Assembly (NCBI GenBank): GCA_028023455.1
Contig: JAQFVV010000001.1
Location: forward strand, 19,964,001-20,028,000
DNA length: 64,000 nucleotides
From: Epiperipatus broadwayi
Lineage: Eukaryota; Animalia; Onychophora
Direction of reading: 5' to 3'
Shown: positions 24,074-35,459 of the stretch, in pieces
Layout of the letters: each line of letters begins with the position of its first letter
Numbering within the stretch: the stretch's first letter is position 1
Position numbers and translations under genes: made by a program
The notes under the pieces: generated by a model
The model's input: only the letters and a program-made list of their open reading frames with translations
Databases searched by the model: none
What the model was told of the DNA's origin: nothing

Positions 24074-25089
24074 ATATATATATATATATATATAAAAACA
24101 AAAAAATAAAGACTTATAAATCCAATAAATAATATAATATTTCAACCAGAGGACTGGTTTTCATCAGAAAGAAAAAAAATACACAGTAAAATGGCGATAA
24201 TCAAAAATTACAGATTTGGCAAAAGATTAAAAATTTAAAAATTTAACAAAACCCCCGTGATTGGTCACAAAATCTAACACAGAATATCTACCCAATCAAT
24301 GACAAAATTCAAACAAAAAACAAAACTACATTCCCTCCTAATCAAGCTTAAATTCTATTTAAATTAAAATAAATATAAAAATAAAAATAAAAATAAAAAA
24401 TCCAAAATTAAAAATTAAAATATTATACATATGTGCATACATAGAAAAATTAAACTATGCTCACACACAAAAAATAGCTGTGCTCACATTAATATTCATT
24501 AAAAACTAAAATACTTATACATTTTAAAAATTATAGTTAGTGCAAAGTACAATAATTTATAACTAATTATTTATAACTAATTATTTAGATAAATAATTAG
24601 TTATAAATTATTGTACTTTGCACTAACTATAATTTTTAAAATGTATAAGTATTTTAGTTTTTAATGAATATTAATGTGAGCACAGCTATTTTTTGTGTGT
24701 GAGCATAGTTTAATTTTTCTATGTATGCACATATGTATAATATTTTAATTTTTAATTTTGGATTTTTTATTTTTATTTTTATTTTTATATTTATTTTAAT
24801 TTAAATAGAATTTAAGCTTGATTAGGAGGGAATGTAGTTTTGTTTTTTGTTTGAATTTTGTCATTGATTGGGTAGATATTCTGTGTTAGATTTTGTGACC
24901 AATCACGGGGGTTTTGTTAAATTTTTAAATTTTTAATCTTTTGCCAAATCTGTAATTTTTGATTATCGCCATTTTACTGTGTATTTTTTTTCTTTCTGAT
25001 GAAAACCAGTCCTCTGGTTGAAATATTATATTATTTATTGGATTTATAAGTCTTTATTTTTTTGTTTATATATATATATATATATATAT
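24074..25089. repeat. Near-perfect 1-kb palindrome (about 480-bp unique arms plus flanking (TA)n); probable inverted Penelope-like pLTR pair or foldback insertion
   Basis: Position i pairs with 49163-i from 24096 to 24574 without indels in the segments I checked. The central spacer is 24575-24588, and there is one mismatch at 24095/25068. Confidence 0.97.
24996..25023 (+). ncRNA. Hammerhead-ribozyme-like core (CUGAUGA-A-stem II-GAAA); mirror copy at 24140-24167 on the minus strand
   Basis: CTGATGA A AACCAG TCCT CTGGTT GAAA gives both conserved core boxes around a perfect 6-bp stem with a tetraloop, followed by palindromic AATATT. Stem I pairing is not evident. Confidence 0.55.
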
Positions 25090-25184
25090 ATTTTTATATC
25101 AAGAAGTAAGGGTACAATATATATATATATATATATCAACTCTGACACATGATTTTACCTTACATATTGCTATTATGGCAGCAT

Positions 25185-26030
25185 AAAATTTTCTTTCCCA
25201 ACCTTTGTAAAAAAAATTGTAAATGTTAACAACTAATAGATGACAGATGATAGTGCTTAATACTGTGCTGTCTTTCCAATATACCCAGTCTGGTTTCAAA
25301 ATTATGGCTTTTATCAGTAAGCAGCTTTAAATTTTAGATCTCTACACTTGGATCCGTAGGGACTAACACTTTCCTTTTAGCAACAATCTTTTACTTCTCT
25401 ATTACATTGTTAAACTATCATCCCAAACTAAAAAACAAATATTTGCAATCTTATCTAACTTGTCTATACAATCATATAAATATGAAATCATCTCAATTTC
25501 TACATATTATGATGACCCTAGTTTTTTAACAATTTAGAAGCCTCTATCCTACAACAAGTATTTGATACAGAGCAATAAAATATCACATTACTATATCATG
25601 AGGTCATAGCTTTATATATTTTTCTTTTACCACCTCTATACCATTTACTGTGATTTTTAGTAGCTAAGATACCAGATGATAGTACATAATAAATTCCTAT
25701 ACTGTCTTATCCAATATCCCCATATAAGTTTCAAGCTTATGGAATTCATTAAGTGTATTAGATTTGTACACTTCCAGTTTGAACTGATAGTTTAAAAGTA
25801 TGTCAAAAAAGTTAATGAAGGTTGCTAGAGGAAGGTGTGTTAGATCCCAAAGATCCAGTATATTGCTCCAAAATCTAAAGATCATCACTAATGAAAGCCA
25901 TTAACTTGAAACTAGTATAGTAATATTGGATAGGACAGAACAGGGTAGGGATCTGTTAAGCATTATCATCTAGTATCTATTAATTATTATAGATTACAAT
26001 AAGTGGTGGATGGGTGAAAGAAAAATATCT
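25185..26030. repeat. Three diverged copies of one ~250-bp unit: 25185-25445 (+), 25615-25755 (+, partial), 25755-26030 (-)
   Basis: Shared blocks such as AGATGATAGT, GTCTT(T/A)TCCAATAT, GTTTCAA..TTATGG, GGATC...GGGA.CTAACAC and TTAAACTATCA. Identity is roughly 70% by eye. Confidence 0.75.
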
Positions 26031-28899
26031 GTAATAAATAATCCAATATATCATCCATTATCTTCAAAAATGTGTTGCTAATTTTTAATAACAATGGAAA
26101 AATTATCAACTAATTCACTTTAATATTATTTATTTTATACTCAAAACTAATTATAAATTCTGAATAAAAATATTAATATAAAAATAACAGAATAATTAAT
26201 GTATAACAGATTTAATGGTTATGTGATATTCAGACCCCATAAGTGACAAATTGAAGTATAATGCAAAGATCTTCAACATTGGAGGTCTTTGGTTTATCAT
26301 TGTCTAAATAATAGTTGTTTTATTTATCTTCCTTATTAAATAGTAAAGACTAAATATAACACATTTAACAAGTCATTAATTTTACTATCTACAAACACTT
26401 TCATATTTTCATTAAAATTAAATGCTGATATTAATTCAATTCCTTTTTAAGCAACATTCACTGTTTTTGTTCTAATCAACAACAACAATTAATCCAGATA
26501 GATCCAGAATATATCAATAATCGGTATATGCTAACAAAAACAAAATATTGAAATTAATCTAAAATTAGTTTAACATTTCAACTCATTTTTCTGGAGTAAA
26601 AATGAAAATTACTAGTGAGCTATATCTTTTAAACACTGTCTTTAAAAATACATTTAACTTGTTAATTAAAAAATTTAATGTTTCAATTAATAAATTTCCT
26701 TAGTTTAGGATATTTATTTTCAATAGCAATTGAAATATATCATGACAGTAGCAATTTCAAATTATAAGCAATACAAAAAATAAATACTTTATTACAAATA
26801 CAAAATCTCAAAGAGAATCTAATATATATTAAAAACTTAAAAATTGAATAGATTGTACAGTTAATTGGAAATAAAAGTTGGTGCTAACTATGACACGATT
26901 TTAATCTATGCAGTATACCAGTTCAGTATACTATTCTTTAGTCTATTGCTGCACTAGCTAGCATTAGAATATGTATATATTGCAATAGTTATTTTTAAAA
27001 AAATTAAAATGAATGTGTGCGTGATTTTAAAAATTCAATCATTGATGAGTTAAAACCTATATTATTCAATGAATGATTTAATTCTAATTAAATAATGTTA
27101 GTTATTTTAAAATAACAATATTAAAAAAATTCAGAATAGTGCGTATAAAATTAATTTAATAAATTAAATGAAAGACTTGAAAATTGTTTTTCAAAATAGC
27201 TTAAGGATGAAATTTTAGATTCAATGCATTACTGAAAAATAAATGTTATTTACCTACTATCTATTGCATTGCAAAGGTTGCAGTCAAGGTGATTTTCAGT
27301 CCACTTTGAGAACAAATATAATGTAATATTTCTAATTTTAGATATATAAGATTGCGATTGCATAAAAAATAAAGACGTCTGAATAATAAAAATAATAAAT
27401 ACATACACATATAAATATAGACAACTATATATATATATATATATATGCAAAAGAGTGAATCTCTGTTATTATATGTAATATAAAATACGCTATATATGAA
27501 TGTATAATTTAATATTTAATTTAGTAAATCTAATATGTTTTCAACGTATTAGCATCTTACTTATGATTATCAAATGGTAATAATTTCATTAAATAACATT
27601 TAAAACGTCAACTGTTTACTTTCGTTTTTTTTGCACATTTTATATTTATATTTAAAGTAATATTAATTAATATCTATATTTTAATAACCAACTTACCTTA
27701 AAAATGGTGAAATGAAAAAGACATTTAAAAACCCAAAAACATTTTTATATCAAAGTTAAAACAAATTAAATAATAAATAATTTAAAATTATAATCTTACA
27801 ATTTCATAAGTCTATTATAATAAAAAGGAGATAAAGAGAATACCCACATTATTATTTTCAGGTGTAAATAATGAATCTAAAAGCTGAAAGTTCTGAATCA
27901 GTGCTCAAGCAGTCATTTTGTTATAAATTTAAATGATTTCTCAATCACTTGACTATTCAATGTTTTGTTTTATTAATCATTTTTATTTTAATGGATATAA
28001 TTTAGTATTTTACTGATGATTTATATTGAAGTTCTATCAATGTGGGTTTTTTTTTTCACAAATGAGAATTGAATTTGTAATTTTTTTCCCAAAATAACAA
28101 ATTCGGCTATACAATCCTTATGTTTGTTTTCTTAACGATATTAGTTATTATATTTTTATTTTAATAATAAATACAAATCATAAAATTTAAGATTTTAAAA
28201 AAGTCTCATAATCATTATACTACTAGTTATTATTAGAAGAGTAAATTAAGTATAATATAATCATAATTTATCTTTAATTATATCATCTATTGCGATCATT
28301 GTAATTTTATAATTAAGACACTAGTGTTTCAAAAAATAAAAAAATAAATAATGACACACTGTCAGTGATATAAGAGATCTTTTCTACATTAGACAATTAT
28401 TAAGTTTGACAATTCTACTTTTTACTATTTCTTTAATAGTGGGCAAAACATCACTCATATTTTTTCTTCTAATTTTTTTTTATTCAATACATTTACTACT
28501 AGGTATCTATTTATCCAGTTTAATTTATATTAGCATTTCTTATCAAATATTCTTTCACTTATTTCTTTCATATTCATCAGATTGTAATGTTGAATATAAA
28601 TTCAATACTTTAATTTCATATCCACATTTATATCTGCTTTTATATATCATTCCTATCTTCATAACTGCATCATAACTTTATTATAATATTATTGTGTTAA
28701 CAAATAAAAATAAAAACATTATAAATTGATAATCAATTAACCTTTATTAAAGCATGTAACCTATCATAAATGGCATGAAATTCTTCAAAATTCTCAACAA
28801 AAAATAGGCAATCAAAATAATTATGCAATTAAAATCTAAGTTGATATTAAAAGTAGATACTTCCTTTAAAATTTTACAACAACCACCATAATAATCACA

Positions 28900-31800
28900 G
28901 AACAAACTTTTACTTTGAAGATTAAATATAAAGTAATATATATTAAAGTGGAAATAATCATTTCAAGTTTATTCAAGTGACAGGCAATAGAAAGAATAAT
29001 TTAAGATTCAAATGTTAAATTGTACATTAATAAAATAGTTTAATCCAGTCAATATAACATAACAGATTATATTCAAATTTGATACAGATATAGACACACA
29101 TTAGGTATAGTAAATTTCATTTGTATTTAAATAAAATACTTTCATTTTAAATTTAAATGCTCTTATTTTAAGTTTAAATAAAACTTTTATTTTGAGTTTA
29201 AATAAAAATGATTTGATTTGATTTTAGACTGGGAGTAAAAAAAATTTATGTTTAGTTTAATTTAGTGCAATAAAATGATTTATTTGAACAAATTTTTAGT
29301 CCATGTAAGTAAAATAAACTACCAAATATTAAAGTTTTACACAAAACAAATTAAAACTCAAAGATAAAAATTGGTATTGCATTGTTTTATTTTCAAAACT
29401 AATTAATCTTAGAATCTATTATCTTTGATTTATAATTAAGTTTTGTTATATATTTTATTTCCTGATTTGTAAATAGGCTTATTTGTTATATATTTTACTT
29501 CCTTCCTTCAAAATTTTTTTGTTTTGTTTGAAAATAGAAGCGCTTTTGCCATAAATCCATTTTTAGATAGAAGATTAAAAATTATTTTAAAAATGGAGTA
29601 TAAAAAACAGGCATCAAAAATGTCTTCTTTTTTTTTTCCTTTTCTCTGGTTCCTGCATAATGCTGATCATAACAGATAAATTACCTTCCAACTAATGTGC
29701 AAGTAACAAGAATCATTCCCAAGCACCAAAAAACTTTCCATGTGTTGTTAGTTTATGCATAGGGACTCTTTCCTAGGTATGTAGAATCAGCTATCCAGAC
29801 TGGTGCTGCTCCTTGAATTGGCTAATTAACTCAACCATATGCCAACCACACAAATCTACAATTACCAACGATGTGTATTTCAAATACATTGAAACTAATT
29901 ATAACCAACTAAATGGTTCAAACTTGTGAGAAAACATGATTATGACTAATGTTTAAAAAAAGTCAACCAAGAAACTAACAGTACCCTGCAATACCAACTG
30001 TATCTTGGAATCTCATACAGAACTCTTTTAAAATAAAATCAAAAGAAAAAATCAATAAAGTATTGCTGGGAAATTTTGCTGATTGTTGTCTAAAGTCTAA
30101 TATGAGGTAATTATATGAAAGTCATTTTAATTTACAGACAGTTCAAAAACTTGATTTAATCCTAAAATGAATTTCTTCTATCCATAGATTTATACTGTTA
30201 TCTATTTCACCATCATTTGTTAATTATTATTTTTTCTTAATCACTTTAAACTGACAAATATTGTGTAAATTACATTGTGTTATATTATATAATTTGTAAG
30301 ACTTTTTTAAAAAACAAAAACAATTTATGAGGGCTGAACTCCACAGTTAACTAGTTATTTGTATTTAATCAGAATTGATGGTTTATGTTCCACAAATTAT
30401 CCTAATATTTATTTAAGTTATTAGAAAATTATATTCTTTACCTAAACCATCTAAATATAAGTCAAATAGGTATGTCAATGGGAATTACCATTCAAAATTA
30501 ATATCTCTGAATACTATCAGATTTTAAATATATTAATATGATCAGAAATAATATTTCATGTAAAAAAAATGGGAAGAGTATAATGAATTTACATGCAGCA
30601 AATAGAGGCTGATGCACAAATCTAAACTTTATTTTATATATATATATTGTAACGGGAGAAAGATCTTTGAGATTCACATATGCTGACCCTGGGGGCGCCA
30701 CTAGTCCGGAAATAGGAACTAGACATTTATTTTAGGGTGGACAGGATATGCAAATCAAAAGGGCACCAAACTACACTCAGGGAGGAACAAGATATCTTAA
30801 ATATTATTTAGACAGTTGAGAAATCAAAGCACAAAGACAAACGTCAGCCAAATTAAGTTTAAACAATTTATTAATTCTATTAAAAGTTGTGCAATAGAGG
30901 GGAGACATCTAGCCATGAATACAAAAGTGGCTTATAGTAACATACGCGTATTTACCAGAGAGTGCACAAGAGTATGGCAAACATGAAGGCATAAAACACC
31001 TTGGCAGCAAAATTATCTCACTTAAAATAGAAGAAATGGTTAGAAAAATATCTTCTTGCTGGCCAGTTGTAAAATTACAAAACAAACAACAACTTTAGCT
31101 TCCTAAATCAGGGATAATAAAACAGTTACTGTTCTGCCCGAAACCAACGTACCCAGCATGAGCATCCGAGCAGTAATATTCTAATTACTGTCATTAAAAC
31201 GCCACAGGAGGGCTGCGCATAATACTACATTCAAAGTAAATGTGGTTGATCTCACTTACAAGACAGCAAAAGATATTTGATTATAATCTTACATAATCCA
31301 GAAAGAAATGATTACTTTCAGACAACCCGAAAAAATAATCTAACAAATAGCCAGCAAAAAGATTTTGTTGTTTGCACAAAAAGCGCAAACGAAACATGCT
31401 TAAAGATTCTTTATTTTACAACTAAGGGCAGGTGAATAAATAAAGACTACAAAACCTGCCACTGCATTTTGTAATAGTTAATGAAATAATCAGGTATATA
31501 TTAAACATATAAAATACAATCTCCTAATGCACACTCTGATAAACAAAAATTGCAAACAAACTTGGAATCTTAAAACTAAGATTCCAAGACACACTTTTAA
31601 TACTAGAAAAAGTACATACAGATAATAAATAATTAAAAACAATTAATACCATTTTAAAACATATTTATCATTAGATTGAGTGGAGATTTAATTAAACGCA
31701 ATTTATTTACCCTGGCTAGAATAGGAAAAAGTTTAGCTTACGGTAAGATAGAGTCCTGGTGATTTAGTGATGAGTGTGCACTTTTGACAATAGTTCATCT

Positions 31801-33540
31801 TTCAGGTCCTTTGACAGCAGCAAGGTAGAGGCAGTGTTTATTTTAGAGATTCATGGCATGACTGAAGAAGATCTGGTAGGTGTGGGTCCATCCTTTGTTT
31901 AAATTAGCAAGACATTCTAATGATGGCAAAACTCACAGCGGTGGATTTTGACATCTTGCACACCAACAAAGTTTGTCAATAATTATTTAAGTTTTTAGTA
32001 GGAATTAAACATCCGAACAGCTACTCACAATGGTATCTCTTTGCAGGCTATAATCCAAGTGTGTCCTATAATCTCTCTCTCTCTCTAAAAATTGGCAGGC
32101 TATCCTTGCCTTGCTACATTTCCCACACAAAACTTTCATTAGTGTCCATTCTATATTCCAGGCAGGGCAAATATTAATTTCCCACTCAATCTAATTTAAG
32201 ACTTCCAACCAGGGATAATTGAAACAAAAACGACAAATACAAAACTAAATCTCCGCTTTTTTTTTTTTTTAGAATTAACTTTAAAAATAATTACAATAAA
32301 AGCAACAGGAATATATAATTAGCAAGCTTGTCTGTTTTTAATCAAATTGATTAAAACAGGCGGTGAAAGTAAACTATTTTAAAATCAATTTTATAAACAA
32401 AGTAGTGATCTACTCTAAATATAAATGTGTATGTGTTTTAAATAATAATACAAATTTTAGCATTAGACATTTAATGAAAATTAAGTCATTTTTTTTTCCT
32501 TTATTAATTTTAGTAATAAAACCATTGAATCGGAAATCAATCCGGCTCAATATATATATAATGAGTAAAATGTCCGTTAATTAAAAAACTATTGTAATAA
32601 TAAAAATAATAAATATAATAGTAATAAACTATTATATATAGTACTTGAAAGATTGTATATAATAGTTTATTACCATATCACACTTAAAGATTAATACTCC
32701 AACATTGATCTATTAAATAAATGAAATACACTCAATTAAAACACAGGATAAAACTTTTTAAGAGGCATGATTGAACTGTCCTTTCTCTTTACCTCAATTT
32801 TATACATAGGTGCATTTATACAGTAATAAATGTATTGGTGTACTTATATGTACTTAGTAAAGTATTTTCAAGATTTTACATGCTATATATATTTTATAGA
32901 TATATTTTGATACATGCCTACCATTTACTAATAATTAATGTATCCCTGGATTATGAAGTATAAATTTTATTAGAGTTCATTATTTGAATATGATTATAAT
33001 TTTATCAATATTTCATACATGTACAAAATGGATATGTGATAATATTATTAATTTACAAAGTGATGACATATTGCATGGCACTGAATGCATATTATTAATA
33101 GTACTTAAAATGTAATATTTAAATGTGTGATTATGATAAGATGCTTAATTGGAATCTGTCCTAGTGCCATTTGCTAAGTAAAATTCAGAAGCCATACATA
33201 TGTATGCACATTCCAAACTTAGTATTAGCATGCTTAACTAAATTTTATCAATTAAATAGCTGAGAATGTGGGTTTACTATTTATAATTGGTACACCATGG
33301 TATTCAGAATAATATTTAAAATATTATGTAAGTGTAAATATAATCTAAGATTTAGAATCAGTCCCATAAGATAATTTCAATATAAATAGATTAATCAGCA
33401 ATTGACTTATCCCCAGGAAGCTATATAATGCCATAATAAAGAATGATTATATAGTATAAATATAATCTCATTTAACAAAACTAAATAACTACATAATATT
33501 TTTTATTTGATTTATTTTCATCAACCAGATGACTCTATGC
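28900..33540 (+). repeat. Segmental duplication, copy A (interrupted by the 30648 element)
   Basis: Collinear similarity to 35460-38540. Anchors include CCAGTCAATATAA (~29045/~35608), CTGATCATAACAGA (~29663/~36184), TTTCAAATACATTGAAAC (~29878/~36401) and CTAAGATTTAGAAT (~33345/~38350). Confidence 0.85.
30648..32295 (-). mobile_element. LTR-like element related to 16627-18785, in opposite orientation
   Basis: Starts ATAT|TGTAACGG. Its first ~60 nt resemble the reverse complement of 18725-18785 (GGAGAA, TTCAC, GGGCGCCA-CTAG). CpGs are retained. It interrupts one copy of the segmental duplication. The right boundary (TTACA at 32291-32295) is tentative. Confidence 0.6.
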
Positions 33541-33544
33541 TACA

Positions 33545-35430
33545 AAACTTTCATGCATACATAGGGTTGTTAATTTTTTGCATGGTCAATGTAAGGCACT
33601 ATTATGAAAAGAAAACACCCAGTGAGATCAAATTATCAGTTGATAATTTAGAAGTGCTACAGCAGAAGTTTTAATTTTAGAATTAAGAAAGAAAAGAATA
33701 TACCCTGAAAGAGAGAAGTTAATTGTATTGGACAAATCATATTGGCAAGAAAAAATAACATAATGCAAAACAGATATAAAAAAAGAAGATAGTGGTTGGA
33801 TGCTTAAAGAGAAGAAGACATATGCTGGAAAGTTTGGAAATATACCTGAGAAAGAATCTTTTATGAAATATATTTAAAAAGACCCAAAAACCAAATAACA
33901 TTGAGAAATGAAGATATAAAGAAAAGAACATATCCCTAACTACAAAAAAAATTATAAATGAATCAAGAAAGAAGAAAAAATTAGATAACATAATTCCAGA
34001 GTCTGAAGTGGAGTAATTGAAAGAAGACAGTCCTGAGCTAACATTTACAGAACTAGAAATAATTATAGAAAGGAATAAAAACTAAAAAAAAAAAAACTGA
34101 AGAAAAAAAATAAGTATGTTCCTGAGATTTAATGTTCTGGATATTACAAAAGATGCTAGAAATTCAGCAAAGTCAGCAAAAACTGGATAGGATGGAAAAA
34201 AACTGAGCATTCATGAAGAAAAAAAATCCTCAAAAAATGAAGCAAAGATTGCAAGAATGTCAGTATAGAATAATAGAAAAATGTGTGCAAATTCATCAAG
34301 AAATGAAGCAAAAATCTTAGCAAAGTCAGTAGAAAGTAATAGAAGGTATCTGGAAGGACAATAAAGAATTTCTACAAGAAGTGATAAAGTCAGCAAAAAT
34401 ATCAGCAAATAATGATAGATGTTGATAAAACATGGGGAAAAGATAATAAAATTAAAGATTATGAAAGTAATAACAATGAAGTTCTTAAATTAAATATAGA
34501 TGTCATTGAAGAACATAAACAAGATAACAAGAATATAATTAAGGTAAAAGATAATGAAAGTGAAGCATTTTATTTGAAGAAAAGTACCAAAAAGTAAAAA
34601 CTAAAGATTTAGAAAAAAGTGATAATAATTGTGATATTGGTAAGTATAGTACACAGGAGTGAATTGTAAATTGTTAAGGAAGGATCAAAGATGGGAAGAA
34701 GTTGCATATCAATCTCAACTGGAGGAAATGTTGAAACAGGATAAAAATGATGGTCTTATAATTCCATAAATATAGATGAGTATGCTAGAGTATGTTTAAG
34801 CAAGGCCTCTAGTAACAGTTCAGTTGAAAAAAAAAATATTCATGTGAAATGGTATGATGGAGAAAAAAACCTATCAAAGGGAAAGTACTGTAAAAGGCAT
34901 TAGTGGTGGACTAAAAACACCAATAATCAAAGAAATGTCAAGATAGATTTTACAAATATGAATCAGAAATGCTTTACTGTGACAGAATAATCAGTTTAAA
35001 GAAAAAAGTCTACTGTGAATATATGATTCAGAACATATAAATTTAGATAAAAGTGAAGATTTAAGAAAGTGGTATACATTAAAGCCTTATGAGTTACACG
35101 AGAAATAAGAAAAACTGACAGCACTCATGATAGAAAAGATCAGCATTATGAAAATTCTAAATATAGTAAGAAACACTCAAATAAAATAAGGAGAAACAAT
35201 AAATCCATCAAATAATATTGCCAAAAGTAGGACAGGTGTATCACCACGATCTATCAAAACTAACACAATATTCAAATTCAAGATTAAAATAATTGCAAGG
35301 TATGGGAGAGGAAAGTTAACAGAAGCATTGTCCTACCATTCCAATGAGTGTAAAATAGAGTTCTGAAAAATCTGATCCCAACTGATAATAAAGAGCACAT
35401 TGTATTGTGATAAAAAGATGATTGTAATAT
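33545..35430 (+). mobile_element. Decayed Gypsy-like LTR retrotransposon internal fragment (gag, protease, start of RT)
   Basis: Purine-rich, coiled-coil-like decayed ORF, then ARPLVTVQL and KGISGG (protease-like), then KPYELHEK and GETINPSNN (cf. the RT start PY....K......G.I.PS.S). Many stops; no LTRs identified. Confidence 0.45.
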
Positions 35431-35459
35431 AGTTATTTATTTTGGTTTATTAAATTAAA

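Noticed and set aside
24074-25089. Palindrome as a pure sequencing or assembly fold-back artefact
   Set aside because: Not favoured, because symmetry ends at the microsatellites with different flanks and the centre is asymmetric. It cannot be fully excluded without reads.
29685-30022. Possible 338-nt minus-strand exon (AG...GT bounded) with a hydrophobic, MFS-transporter-like translation in the duplicated core
   Set aside because: It has 7 stops in 112 codons, about what random sequence of this composition gives. Several stops are shared with copy B, and copy B lacks the donor. The family resemblance is from memory only and would need an HMM search.
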